Shown piece by piece: positions 13,740-27,470 of a stretch of 64,000 nt of DNA; the first letter of the stretch is position 1, and the number at the start of each line of letters is the position of its first letter. Made by a program: the position numbers and the translations under genes. The notes beneath the pieces were generated by a model, which was not told the DNA's origin, did no database searches, and was given only the letters and a program-made list of their open reading frames with translations. The DNA is from Octopus vulgaris (Eukaryota), in NCBI GenBank assembly GCA_951406725.2, contig OX597826.1:27094001-27158000 (forward strand). The letters run 5' to 3'.

Positions 13740-14469
13740 TGTGTGTGTGTGTGTGTGTGTTTGTGCGGATTTTCTTCAGTTTCTTTTGACAACAACATAT
13801 TAAAGTAGTACCTGAACAAGGTGCTGCAGATTCACAGAAATATTTTAGCGTTAAGCAGTATCAAGTTACGATCTGCACCTTCTAAGTTCAAATCCTACAA
13901 ATGTTACCCTCTTCTCATATCTTGCTATGGTCGATGCTATACTATACAATGAAATGTGGAGAAAAATTTGATCAAATATACATTCGCATAATTCTAGGAT
14001 TTTATACAACTTTCGTTGGGAAATTTGTAATAGCATCCTGCTTGTTTGACCATGTGTGCAAGATGTACGATTTAAAGAAATCTCAAATAGGTAATAAAAT
14101 CGAAAACCCTAATGGAGATGCAAAACATAACGAAACAAATTCCAGTGTTACACTGTCAACAACCTCAACTATGGATTGAAATGGAAGGCAGAAATTATTG
14201 AGATAATGAGAGAATATTATGATTATGTGTAAATTTTCGGTGGAGTCGAAAATTTTATGACACATGGAATTTCCATATTTACCAAAGGTATCATGATATT
14301 TAGATTCATAGAATGGTAGAATTTGAATAGAACGAGACAAGATAATTTAAGAATTCTTAGTTACCAGAATCTAAGACATGAATTTGAGTTCCACTGAAGT
14401 TTACAGAGTCTTCTCTTACACTATGTTAATTTTATTTTCGTTGACCATCAGGTTTCAGTTGTATAATTT

Positions 14470-14790
14470 AATTCTATTTCTTTCAGTTATCTGACGGCGG
14501 CCATGCTGGGACATCGCCTTGAAGGGTTTTCGTCGAACAAATCGATCCCAGGGCTTATTTAAAAAAAAATCCTTCTACAGATTCTAGCGGTCTCTTTGCA
14601 GAAACGCTAAGTTACAGGGACGTAAACAAATCAACACCGGTTTTCAAGTTGTGATGCGGGACAAACACAGACACAAAGTCACACACAAAATGATATGTAC
14701 ATATATCTATGTGTATGTATGTATGCATATATGTATACACACACATGCACACACACACACACACTCACACACACACACGCACACACACAC

Positions 14791-14821
<31 letters not shown>

Positions 14822-14985
14822 TGTATGTATTTATGTATGTATGTATGTATATAAACGACGGGCTTTCAGTTTCTGTCGACCAAATCCACTCACAAGGCTT
14901 CGACCAGCCTGAGGTTAACGCGGTGGAATTGAACCCGGAATCATGCGGTTGTGAAGCAGGCTTCCTACCACATAGCCTTTCCTAG
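14470..14985 (-). mobile_element. SINE family A with internal microsatellite
   Basis: Reverse complement of family A head (GAATTGAACCCGG; GACGGGCTTTCAGTTTC...ATCCACTCACAAGGCTT) and tail (GGCCATGCTGG...CGCTAAGTTACAGGGACG). Confidence 0.8.
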
Positions 14986-15250
14986 TCAGATTTTATTGGG
15001 AAGTTCCATTATGTTCTGAAATACTTATTCTACAAAACCCTCTGATTCTTGTCCACACCACTTTCCTCTTACATCGAAGCCATAGACTCGCCAAAAATCT
15101 TAATGCATTCTTTTACTTAAACATTCATATTGATGCCTTACATTATTTTTAGTGTTGCCCAACAAGCTCCTTCGTCAAAATGAAATATCTGTACTCTGCC
15201 TTCGTAGAATTTATATGGTTGTAATCATCTTAGAATGTCTTATATATTCA

Positions 15251-15452
15251 GCCTTTAGCATTTAAACTGGACATAACTGGCCCTAATATTCTCCTTGTAG
15301 TTCTGGTCTCTCATATTTTCTATACAATGTAATTCTAGCACTAAACAATAACAGCATCGAAATGTCGATGTTATGAGACAATGCATGATTAATTCAAGAC
15401 AATATCAATAAAGAACCGTTATATTTGACAGTGTAATCTGAATGCTAAAGGG
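15251..15452. mobile_element. piggyBac-like MITE
   Basis: Ends (G)CCTTTAGCATT / AATGCTAAAGGG followed by TTAA; left target decayed to TTCA. Confidence 0.6.
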
Positions 15453-15716
15453 TTAATTGACAAAATTGGTAATAAATTTTAAGTAAATGTGAAACTGCAT
15501 GTCGCCATCATATCACGGATTGATTTTTGACTATAAGCAAACGATTGCTTCTGTCTTAAAGACAAAAATCGGAAGTTATAAAGGTAAAGGCTTCAGTCTA
15601 TTAGTTCAAATACATACATACATACATATGTGAATGTATGTGTGTGTGTCTGCGCGCGCGTGTATATATATATGTGTGTGTGTTTGTGTGTAAATATATA
15701 TAAATATGTATATCTA

Positions 15717-15747
<31 letters not shown>

Positions 15748-15978
15748 ATATATATATATCTATATATATATATCTATATATATATATATGAATACATATA
15801 TATGTAAATATATATGTATATATATATGTATGTATATATATATATATATTCAACAACAATTGAGGAACGGCCTCAAATAGGCCATTCGACCCACTAGAAA
15901 GAGCAGCCAGGACTCAAACCACCAAGTAATAGTAATTCAGAAATTAAAGGAAAATTAAAAAAACATTTACCCTATTCA

Positions 15979-16087
15979 TCTTTAGACAATGCATTGTTTC
16001 GATGTTTTTAATGGCATACCAGCCTAATTAAATTAAATTAAACTTAATTAAGTCGATCTACCAAAGGCCACATCTCATCGGTAAGGA
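15979..16087 (-). ncRNA. Type I hammerhead ribozyme (CCGAUGA core, long helix II), inverted copy
   Basis: Reverse complement of the 16623-16731 motif, with one helix I mismatch (TCCTTA/TAAAGA). Confidence 0.8.
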
Positions 16088-16622
16088 AGCCAGGAGAGAC
16101 AGACATACACGAGGCAGTAGTATCTATGCTCCGGGAATGTCTGCCCAAAAAATTTTCAAAAACTACCGTTATCGCGCCAAACTTATCAGCAGAAAATATA
16201 AACTGCTGATTTAATTTCAGAATTAGTCAGAAAATCATCAATCAATCAGGGTAAATGTTTTTTTTAATTTTCCTTTAATTTCTGAATTACTATTACTTAG
16301 CGGTTTGAGTCCTGGCTGCTCTTTCTAATGGGTCGAATGGCCTATTTGAGGCCGTTCCTCAATTGTTTTTGAATTTATATATATAGTCTCTGACTATTTT
16401 CTCTCTCTCACTAGACCGCTGGTGGCGAAAAAATTTCTATTGAATTTTTTGCTACCCTATATTGATTAATTGATGATTTTCTGACTAATTCTGAAATTAA
16501 ATCAGCAGTTTATATTTGCTGCTGATAAGTTTGGCGCAATTACGGTAGTTTTTGAAAATTTTAGGGCAGACATTCCCGGAGCATAGATACTACTGCCTCG
16601 TGTATGTCTGTCTCTCCTGGCT

Positions 16623-16731
16623 TCTTTACCGATGAGATGTGGCCTTTGGTAGATCGACTTAATTAAGTTTAATTTAATTTAATTAGGCTGGTATGTCATT
16701 AAAAACATCGAAACAATGCATTGTCTAAAGA
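16623..16731 (+). ncRNA. Type I hammerhead ribozyme (CCGAUGA core, long helix II, palindromic helix III)
   Basis: TCTTTA-CCGATGA-GATGT(~64 nt)ACATC-GAAA-CAATGCATTG-TC-TAAAGA. Perfect 6-bp helix I, perfect 5-bp base of helix II, 10-nt palindrome, GUC site (cut predicted after 16725). Confidence 0.85.
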
Positions 16732-16954
16732 TGAATAAGGTAAATGTTTTTTTAATTTTCCTTTAATTTCTGAATTACTATTACTTGGCGGTTTGAGTCC
16801 TGGCTACTCTTTCTAGTGGGTCGAATGGCCTATTTGAGGCAGTTCCTCAATTGTTGTTGAATATATATATATAGTCTCTGACTATTTTTTCTCTCTCACT
16901 AGACCGCTGGTGGCGAAAAAAATTTCTATTGAATTTTTTGCTACCCTATATTGA

Positions 16955-17101
<147 letters not shown>

Positions 17102-17557
17102 TAGATATATATATACATACATACATGCATACATATATATTATATATGTGAATATATACTATACAAACACATACTCTTTCATTCTGATTGGATAAAATGC
17201 AACTTAGATCTGAAATACCGACCTGCAAACGATTCTGCTTATTCACCAATCTAATTCACCCTAACCCTAATTTTCCTACACAGGCACAAGAGCAGCAATT
17301 TTTTTTTTATATAGTTGTTGTTAACATATTTTGTCGATTCCTAAATGATAAGTGGCAATATATAAGAAGGTGGATTTTGAAAGCACAAGTTACCGGAGGA
17401 AACAGCGCAAGCTATTATGATCGACGCACTCACGACTCTGCCAGTCCGATGCTGGACAGCAACAACAGTAACAGCAATCACAATAGTACTAACACTAATA
17501 ATAATGATCATGATGAAGAAAATAATAATAATAATAATAATAGTAATAATAATAATG

Positions 17558-17632
<75 letters not shown>

Positions 17633-17639
17633 GTAACTC

Positions 17640-18020
17640 TTTACTTGTTTCAGTCATTTGGCTGCAACCATGCTGGAGCACCGCCTTTAGTCGTGCAAAT
17701 CGACCCCAGGACTTGTTTGTAAGCCGAGTACTTATTCTATCGGTCTCTTTTGCCGCACCGCTAAGTTACGGGGACGTACACACGCCAGCATCGGTTGTTG
17801 AGCGATGTGGGGGGGGGGGACAAACACAGACACACAAACACACACATATATATATATACATATACATATATACGACAGGCTTCTTTCAGTTTCTGTCTAC
17901 CAAATCCACTCACAAGGATTTGGTCGGCCCAAGGTTATAGTAGAAGACATTTGCCCAAGGTGCCACGCATTGGGACTGAACCCGGAACCATGTGGTCAGT
18001 AAGCTAGCTACTCCTGTGCC
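17640..18020 (-). mobile_element. SINE family A, near full length
   Basis: Reverse complement of 51765-52220, including the tRNA-like head (GGGACTGAACCCGGAACCATGTGG) and the tail. Confidence 0.85.
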
Positions 18021-18039
18021 TATTTAATAATAATAATGA

Positions 18040-18470
18040 TGATATGATTCACTGCGACCACAAGATAGATAATAGGAAGCCGGACATAGTCTTATTTTGA
18101 GAAAGAAAACAAACTATGCTGGTTCATAGATATAGCATGCCCAGCTGACAACAAGGTATGCGATAAGGAAGAAGGTAAAGTCGAGACATATGACAGGTTA
18201 TCTTGCGAAGTTAAGCAATTGTGGTCGATGAAAACGGTAGCAGTAGTATCAATAATTCTTGGAGCTCTAGGAACAGTGAGCAAAAATCTCGAGATTTACG
18301 TGGAAAAATAGGAGCTGCAATAAGGGTGGAGCAGTTGAGAAAACAGCACTACTTGGATCCGCTCCTATATTCCGAAAGGTGCTCGAAAATTAAGAGTTGT
18401 TACCTTAGTTCACTGGTAGTGAACAGCTGACAATGTATTACATCTCCAGCGTTAGAAGCTGTGCAAAGGC
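18040..18470 (+). mobile_element. R4/Dong-like LINE 3' relic (restriction-like endonuclease domain)
   Basis: Frameshifted translation reads HCDHKIDNRKPDIVL..CWFIDIACPADNKV..K..Y..L..EVKQLW..IILGALG...ALLGSA..RKVLE. Flanked by (TAA)n on both sides. Confidence 0.8.
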
Positions 18471-19121
18471 AATAATAATAATAACAATAACAATATGATG
18501 ACAATGAGTATGGCGATGAGGGCGACGACGAATATATTTATATATATATATATATACCTATATATATACCTATATATATACCTATATATGTATACATATA
18601 TATATAATGGTCGTGATATTTTCCATTTACCACGCAAATGTTGAATATAGAGGAAATTTGCAAAAGTGGTTACATAAAGTGTGGTGGTTCTGGTGGTGGT
18701 GGGAATGGTAGTGGAGGGGCAGTGGTGGGGGTGGTGGTGAGTTTATATAAACATCGAATCATAGCAAAAAAAAAATCGAAGTCATTGAAATGTGTACACA
18801 GTATATAAATTAGTGATGACGTTGCACTTCACTTGTTACAGAACGAGTTATACCTTCTCTTCCTCCTCTTTCTTTTCGACATCATCATCATCATCATCCT
18901 CCTCCACCTCATCATCATCATTATCATCATCATCGTCATCATCATCATTATCAACTTCATCATTATCATCATCACCATCGTCATTTTCATCTGACACCCT
19001 CATCAAAGACTTCAAGGAATAAGATGCGACAATTGATCGGTAATTGTAGATATACGAATAGCCAGTGTCGCAACATTAATACGTATACATATATGGATAT
19101 ACATGTACATATGTGTATGTA

Positions 19122-19175
<54 letters not shown>

Positions 19176-19304
19176 ACTATATATATAGATGTACCTATAT
19201 ATGTACATATATACATACGTATATACATATATATATATATACATACATATAACTATATATATATATATACACCTTATATATATATATATAGATAGATAGA
19301 TATA

Positions 19305-19340
<36 letters not shown>

Positions 19341-19369
19341 TATACCTATATATGTATACATATATATAT

Positions 19370-19400
<31 letters not shown>

Positions 19401-19809
19401 TATATATATACATACATACGTATATGTATACATATATAATGTGATAATGTGTTTGCTGTGCGACTTAACACCATGTAATAAAACTGTCTTGTCTGAAATA
19501 TGTATGAACACAGCCACTATTTGAATGGTAAGTTCTTTGCAACGGTTATTTGTACTATTTGTACTATTTGTACTGTGATACGTATAATTTAGAATAAATC
19601 GATACAGGTATGTATGTTTGTTTGTACGTATGAATGTATGTATGTTTGTATGTAAGTATGTATGTTTACATGTATGTACGTATGTATGTATCTATTTATC
19701 TATTTATATACCGGAGTGAACACATAAATGTGAAACAAGGTGGAAAAAAGAGTACTCAAATACCAGTGGTAGAGTAATATGCTTTATTTAAAGCAGCAGA
19801 AAATTCAAC

Positions 19810-19856
19810 AAAACCTGTTACTCTGAGTTTCCCGTTGCCGTTCATCGGACGGTTTT
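19810..19856 (-). ncRNA. Minimal type I hammerhead motif with CCGAUGA core
   Basis: Minus strand reads AAAACCGT-CCGATGA-ACG-GCAA-CGG-GAAA-CTCAGAG-TA-ACAGGTTTT. GNRA-capped short helix II (one mismatch), near-palindromic helix III, GUA site, bulged helix I, AATAAA ~20 nt downstream. Element spans ~19710-19915. Confidence 0.7.
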
Positions 19857-20381
19857 TGCAAGAATTCCAATATTTTTCACAATACAAACTACGATAAATC
19901 GGAAGAAATTAAGATATGTTGTGCATACATACAAACATATCTGCATTTATATGTCTCTCCGTATATATGTGTGTGTTTGTCTGTGTCTATCCCTTGTTTC
20001 CATGTCTGTCTTTCTCGCCCTCTCTGTGTGTCTCTCTTTCTCTATACACACACACACACACACACTTACACACATATATATGTACATATGTAAGTATATC
20101 TATATACATATACAGATAAGATATACATATATATATACATACACACACATATATGTGTATATACACACATATATATATATATATATATATTTATATGTAC
20201 ATATATATATACATGCATATATATATATATATATGTGCGTGTGTGTGTATGTGTATGTATGCATATATATTCTCTTAGACAAGTCACTCTGGAGTCCCAT
20301 GTCCGATATATATATATATATGTATATATATATACATATATATATATGTATGTATATATATACTTATATATATATATATTC

Positions 20382-20413
<32 letters not shown>

Positions 20414-20472
20414 ATTTATATATATATATATATACATACATACATATATATATATGTATATATATACATACA

Positions 20473-20574
<102 letters not shown>

Positions 20575-20580
20575 TGTGTG

Positions 20581-20706
20581 TATATCGGACTCCTGGGGGA
20601 CTTCTCAAGGGGAATTGCCGTTAAGAGCGGAAAATCCAACGATGCGGTCAGTGTCATTCTTTAAGGAAAATTTATAGAGACAGAAATTAATGAGAGACGA
20701 CATTTG

Positions 20707-20738
<32 letters not shown>

Positions 20739-20830
20739 TTTCTTGCCTTTCAATTTTTTGTTGATGAAGGACATTGTCCGAAACGGATTTTCCCTCTTAC
20801 AATAACATCACTACACTTTTTTATCGATGC
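20581..20830. repeat. Decayed fold-back element with two degenerate hammerhead copies
   Basis: TAAGAGCGGAAAATCC (20622-20637) is inverted to GGATTTTCCCTCTTA (20785-20799). Plus arm TTGATGA-AGGACattGTCC-GAAA-CG; minus arm is a decayed homolog. Confidence 0.5.
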
Positions 20831-20954
20831 ACATCGTCGCACGCGCAAGCATTCACACATACATATACACATATACGTGTGTGTATGTGTCAGTATATGT
20901 ATGTTGGTGCAAACACTCATATATTTTGTATATAAATATATACGCAGGAATGGC

Positions 20955-21030
20955 TCTTTTGTACCTTGGGCAACTGAAAGAAGCCTGTCGTGTATGTATG
21001 TAAGTATATATATTTATATATATACACACA

Positions 21031-21092
<62 letters not shown>

Positions 21093-21400
21093 TATATATA
21101 CATATATATATATATGTATGCATTCACACACACACACATATATACTTATATATAAATTTATTTATATATATTGATATATATATTTTTTATATGTATGTGT
21201 CTGTGCTTGTCCAGTCCCACCATCATTTGACAGCCGATTTTGGAGTGTTTACGTTCTAGTTATCTAGCGTTTCGGCACAAGAGCCCGATATAAGTACTAG
21301 GCTCACAAAGAATAAGCCTTTGGGTCGATTTGTTCCACTAAAATCGGTGCTTCAGCATGGCCGCTGTCAAATGTCTGAAACAAATAAAAGAATAAGAGAA
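20955..21400 (+). mobile_element. SINE family A, deleted, with large internal (TA)n
   Basis: ACCTTGGGCAACTGAAAGAAGCCTGTCG + microsatellite + tail ending CAGCATGGCCGCTGTCAAATGTCTGAAAC. Confidence 0.7.
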
Positions 21401-21866
21401 TATATATATGTATATATATACATATTAATATATATACACATATATATGGATATATGTATAGATACGACATACATTCATACATACGTCTGTGTATGTGTGT
21501 GTGTGTAAATGATGTTTATGTACATATGTAAATATGTGTGTGTGTGTTTGTGTATGTATTAGCCCTTTGAATTCATAGTCCTAATAACGCGAGCTCGTAT
21601 TTTGTCCCATTAAATCGTAGAAGTTACGACTTTAGTATTTTTGATATGACTTCTGTAGACTCCAATGCCTTTTGATCCCTACTAGTCTCATCAAAGTTCT
21701 GTGCACGACAATTCAGTATAGGTAACTGAGAATAGATCCAGGAAAACTTCTAAATAGATTTTCTCGCTACATTTTCATTTGAATCAGTTTTGTCGGTTTT
21801 TCTTTTTCAAGTATGCATTTAAAAAATTAGTGAATACCACATCTTTTGCATAATGAAATATTATGA

Positions 21867-22082
21867 GTCGGCGAGCTGGCAGAAACGTTACTGCGCCGGG
21901 CAAAATGCTTAGCAGTTTTTCGTCTGTCTTTATGTTCTGAGTTCAAATTCCACCGAGGTCGATGTTGCCTTTTATCATTTCGGGGTCGATAAATTAAGTA
22001 CCAGTTGCTTACTGAGTTCGATCTAATCGACTGGTCCCCTCTCCAAAATTTTCCGGCTTTGAGCCAAAAGTAGAAAAGATTA
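21867..22082 (+). mobile_element. SINE family B monomer
   Basis: GGCGAGCTGGCAGAAACG head, B box and Nin-like domain. Confidence 0.85.
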
Positions 22083-22099
22083 TGAAATATTTACTTTCT

Positions 22100-22410
22100 T
22101 CTCGGGCCGACCAAAGCCTTGTGAGTGGATTTGGTAAACGGAAACTGAAAGAAGCCCGTCGTATATATGTATATATATATGTGTGTGTGTGTGTGAATAT
22201 ATTTGTGTGTCTGTGTTTGCCCCCCCGCCCAACATCGCTTGACATCCGATGCTGGTGTGTTTATGTCCCCGTAACTTAGCGGTTCGGCACAAGAGACCTA
22301 TAGAATAAGTACTAGGCTTACAAAAAATAAGTCCTGGGGTCGATTTGCTCGACTAAAGGCGGTGCTCCAGCATGGCCACAGTCACATGATTGAAACAAGT
22401 AAAAGATTAA
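22100..22410 (+). mobile_element. SINE family A, 5'-truncated
   Basis: CTCGGGCCGACCAAAGCCTTGTGAG...GAAAGAAGCCCGTCG(TA)n...GGCGGTGCTCCAGCATGGCC tail. Confidence 0.85.
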
Positions 22411-24174
22411 AGGGAGAGAGAGAGAGAGAGAAAGAGTATATAATGTGTACGTATTGTACGATTTTTATTCTGCCGCAAAAATAATAACGGTTTTTAATAT
22501 GAAACAAGAGCAACAACTCAGAGGGAGAAAATTGATTGACCATATTCGATCTCAGTCCTTAACCTGTTCGTATTTTATCGACTCTGATTGTATGTAAATC
22601 GATGTCAATCTCGACAAAATTTTAACCTAGAATATAGAGAGCCGGAAAAAATGCTCCTAAGTACTTTTGTCCGACGGGCTAACGTTCATGCCACAGTCTT
22701 AAAGCAGAATATTTGAATATTACACGAAGTAAACCGCCCTAAATAGAGAGAAAATATCGGACGTTTTAACAAAAATGACATATCTAATTTAAATAAATTT
22801 AAGTTTTAAAACAATAAGAAAAAAACGGTGAGAGAGCTTGACAGAGCGGCAGACTTATTGACAGGGAAGGAGGCCGACAAATAATCAAGGAAAGAAAGAG
22901 AGAAAGGAGGAGAGAGAGTGAAGGAGAAATGCTGAAAGAGAGAGAATGAAAGCAATGGCGATCATTTCGTCAGTCTCATTGAAGTGAATTATGATGAGTT
23001 CGTTAAACCATCCATTTGTTTGGAAGTTTAGGGAAAATGGAGACGGTGTTGCGTGATTTATAGAACAGCCGTTATATTGTTGGATTATGAGTGTGTGGAT
23101 AACGAGGGGAAGAGAAAGAGGGGACAGTGGAAGAGAGACGAAAAGAAATATAAAGAAATATTGCAAATAAAGTTTTTTAAAATAATGAAATGAAAAACGT
23201 ATAAGATGAACAAAAAAATGGAGAAAAAATGAAGGTAAAAAGAGATTGTATTAAAAAAAGATTGGGATATCGCCATAAAAAAATTATACAAAAAGAGAAG
23301 AGAAGCAGAAAAAGGAAGTGAATGAGAATGAAATATCGAATCACAGAAGAAAGGATGAAGTATTGAATGAAAGGAAGAAGGGGGAATAGGAAAGAAAGCA
23401 CGAATGGAATAAAACTGGAAAGGAATATATGAGAAAATGAAATTAATAAGTGGTGGTGTTGAAGAAGGAAACGAAGAAATTTAGGAGAGGAGTGGGTGTA
23501 AAAATGAAAGAGTAAAATGAAAAGAATAAGAGGAGAATGATTGAAAGAGAAAGTGCAAGGAAAGAGAAAAGCTGATGCATGCGGAAAATGTAAGTAGGTA
23601 TGGTTTATAGAGAAAAAAAAAATGAACGAAAATTGAGAGAGATGTTATGATATGTGCAGAAAATATGTTGAGACAATTCAAAAAATATAAAATGTGAAAG
23701 AAAATGTATTTTAATAGAGGAGAGTATAAAGAAAAAATAGTGAGTCTCACGTTAATGTTTAAAATAATTGAAGTTAGAATTTCTTGTTTCTTAATCAATG
23801 GAAGAATAATAAGGAGTGAAAAGAAGAAACTTGAGCGAAATTCTTCAGGTAGATAAAAATATCAAAATAGAAAAATATGAACAAATGTTTGAAGGAGATT
23901 TCTTAGTGAATGAGAGAGAATGGAAATATGTGTTTAAAAACGAAATAAATAAATGGACGTATATAATAAAATGATATATATGTATACATATATGTGTGTG
24001 TGCATGCGTGTGTCTTTGTGTGTGTGCGAATGAAAAGTAAAATATTTGAAAAGGGTGAAATATATAAAGAAAATAAATACAAAGAATTGTCACGAAAATA
24101 GAAAAGAAACCAGATGAATGATAGTCATAAATTATAAACAAGGAAAGATGGTAACGACTGAATGTATTATTGAA

Positions 24175-24305
<131 letters not shown>

Positions 24306-24462
24306 AGGAGTGAATGAATGAAAGTTAGAAATTAAGAATTTGCGATTGTTTTAAAGTGTAAAACATGAAACAAACGGAAGAATAAATGAGTTAATCAAGG
24401 AAATTATAAAAAATGGACGAGAGAAGTGAGAGGAAATTGTACTAACAAAAGAGAGAGAGAGC

Positions 24463-24493
<31 letters not shown>

Positions 24494-25056
24494 GAAATGG
24501 AGAAAGGGAGAGAAGGAGAGAAGGAGGCGAGAAAAAGCAACTAAAAGAAGAATAAAGAAAAATAGTCACAACGAAAATAAGAGATGAAAAAGTATAAAGA
24601 TCGACAGCACAGCACCGCCAACACTAACAACAATAACGTCTGAATTGACAGAAGATATTTTCAAAATGGAAGCAATTGTAAATGAAGCAGTCGGAAGTGG
24701 ACGCAAGGGATGCTGGGAAACTGTGAAGAGTGATGAGATTGTAGAGACTTTATTATCATTGCTGATTCTTTTCTTTATTTCTTTCATTTCTTTCTTTTTT
24801 TTTAATACGATGTTCTGTTCCTTTCAGCAAATGTTGAACTGAATTGTGGACAGATGGTTGACAGAGATCGATCGGTCTGCACCGTTGTCGGTCACTAAAT
24901 GCAAAATTGGGTATGTGTTTACTTGTTTATTTATTTATTTGGATTTGGGCGCTTGATTGTTTTAGCTAGATTAGACATATTTGGTATGACTGAAATGAAA
25001 TATGTGTTTTCATGTATGTATATGTAAGTACGAATATAGTATAATATAATATTATA

Positions 25057-25091
<35 letters not shown>

Positions 25092-25101
25092 GTATATATG
25101 C

Positions 25102-25198
<97 letters not shown>

Positions 25199-25199
25199 C

Positions 25200-25235
<36 letters not shown>

Positions 25236-25491
25236 CTGAACGAAGATTATAACTATGAAATCGGGCCAGTGACACTCTAAGTTTCATGTCTTGCATGATT
25301 TCACTCTATGTCTATTCCGATCTTGCACACTATATTTACGCATACGTACATGGAGTTATACATACAACGTCCATACATGTGTGTGTATTATATATGTATG
25401 TATATATACATGTATGTATGTATGTGTATATATATATATATATATATATGCATATAGTGTGTGTATGTATATATGTTTGTATGTATGTATG

Positions 25492-25565
<74 letters not shown>

Positions 25566-26055
25566 CGGAATTTTCTCCGCTCAATTCTCACTTGTATCGA
25601 ATCGTATATATTTTGAAATATTTGCATCAGGTTTTTTCATACTTAGAAATGCTTTAACTGAGGAAAGTTTACCTAATGGATGTGTTTCCTGTTATATACT
25701 ATGCAAACCTGAAACGTACATATGGAATGACTTCAAAATAACTAGCCACAAGAGCTCCATCTTAATGAGCTGACAAGGGAATCACGCTCCATACAGTCGC
25801 AGATACAGCAATATCACCGAGGATTTCGAATTTTGATGCGCCAAGAGTTAAACTCACCTCTCCTGTTCAACTTGATAACGTGCTGTTTTCACAAACGATA
25901 GAAGTAAAAACTATAAACAATACGGTTGGAGCAATGCCGGTACCACCTTGTACCCTCTGTCACTCGAGTGACGTCGATAAATTTAAATTGAGGTTTTTAA
26001 ATTGCTAATAAGCCACACATATTATATATATATATATGTATGTATGTATGTATTA

Positions 26056-26090
<35 letters not shown>

Positions 26091-26178
26091 TGTATGTATG
26101 TATATGATTGTTGAAGAGGACAACAAACGTTAAGGCATCTCAAGTTGTTTACAATATTTTTATTGGAAAAAATTCAAA

Positions 26179-26237
26179 GTCTTACAGCTGTTTCTTGGCG
26201 GGTATCACCGAGTATGGGATATTCCGTCATCAGAGAC
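26179..26237 (-). ncRNA. Type I hammerhead ribozyme motif
   Basis: GTCT-CTGATGA-(partly decayed helix II)-GAAA-CAGCTG-TA-AGAC. Canonical core, palindromic CAGCTG, GUA site. Confidence 0.75.
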
Positions 26238-26546
26238 AAATAAAGAAAATAAGGAGATGGAAAGAAAGAAGAAAAAAGAAGCATAAATGTTCATAGTTCA
26301 TCTTTCCGATGTTATAGCAAAAAGAGTACAAGTCCTTACTTGCAATCCTGCAAAGAGTCATGTGGGTTAAAATCCTGATATAGTAGACATCCAGAGAAAA
26401 AAAAGAGCCCGAACATATCAACGTTCAATAACTTATATGCTTCCTTTTTCTTCTTTCTTTCTATCTCCTTATTCTTTTATTCCCGTCCTCTATGTCACCA
26501 TCTCATTAATATGTGCCATTCTCATTTTCCTTATTTTTCACTATTT

Positions 26547-26602
26547 GTCTCTGGAGACGGAATATCCCATACTCGGGGATATCCCAGAAACAGCTGTAAG
26601 AC
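26547..26602 (+). ncRNA. Type I hammerhead motif, core mutated (CTGGAGA)
   Basis: GTCT-CTGGAGA-cGGAATATCCCatactcgGGGATATCCca-GAAA-CAGCTG-TA-AGAC. Good helix II; the A6->G change probably inactivates it. Confidence 0.7.
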
Positions 26603-26826
26603 TTCGAATTTTTTTCCAGTTATAGTATTGTATACGACTTGAGATGTTTACCATGCCTTAACGTTTGTTGTCCTCTTTAACAATAATATCCGCTGCATCG
26701 GAATTCTGCAATGGCTCCATAAGTACCGTGTAGGTTATAACCTCGGAGCCCCAGTAATCCGTTACAGCACTTATCTAGCGTACCTAATCGTTTATATTAC
26801 TTGCGAATTAAACCTGCATACTTTGC

Positions 26827-26858
<32 letters not shown>

Positions 26859-27124
26859 ATGTGTGTGTGTGTGTGTGTGTGTATGTGTGTGTGTGTATGT
26901 GTGTGTGTGTGTAATGCACAGTAATAATTTTAGGTCATTCCCACACGGGATCATTAGAATGCTACAGAAAACATTTTTCGGTATTTAATTTCTATTTAGT
27001 TACATAACAAAATCACAGAGGAATTTAGAAGTAACATATTTGATACTCCATTACTTGCGCAAAAATGAAAATATCCAATCATCCATCCATCAACCCATCC
27101 ATCAATCCATACATCCATCTATCC

Positions 27125-27470
27125 TTTCCACCTAAGGGTTGTATGAGAGACCTCAGGAACCTAGTCCATGGATTCCTTTCAGAAGTAGTGTTCTTCAGAC
27201 ATTCTGGTTTGGTTCTCAGAAGTGATCAACCGAGATTATGGATTTAATCCAACCTCATCGCTTTTGTCTACCTCCAAGCCTCTTGCTAGTTGGCTCGACT
27301 TGAAGTATCCAACTTGTGATTCTTTCCTGTAACATTCTAACGACATGTCTGTTGTACCAGAGTAGTGACGTTTCGATTCGGAGAATTAGCGTCTCTTCCT
27401 GGAGAGTCTCACTAGTGTCCACGTCACGCACATTGCCAAGGAACTTTACTCCAGATATATTAGCAGCTAT
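27125..27470 (-). mobile_element. RTE-like LINE 3' relic
   Basis: Translation LILRIETSLLWYNRHVVRMLQERITSWILQVEPTSKRLGGRQKR resembles the RTE ORF C-terminal LRW.GHV.RM...R..G.R.RGRP motif. Confidence 0.65.

Larger units (their letters stand above)
26105..26828. mobile_element. Fold-back hammerhead element (PLE pLTR-like), family shared with 49243-49710
   Basis: 26105-26290 is inverted relative to ~26430-26690. 26690-26828 is homologous (reverse complement) to 49243-49400. Microsatellite flanks. Confidence 0.85.

Noticed and set aside
17258-17271. CCCTAACCCTAA telomere-like repeat
   Set aside because: Only two units; insufficient for an interstitial telomere call.
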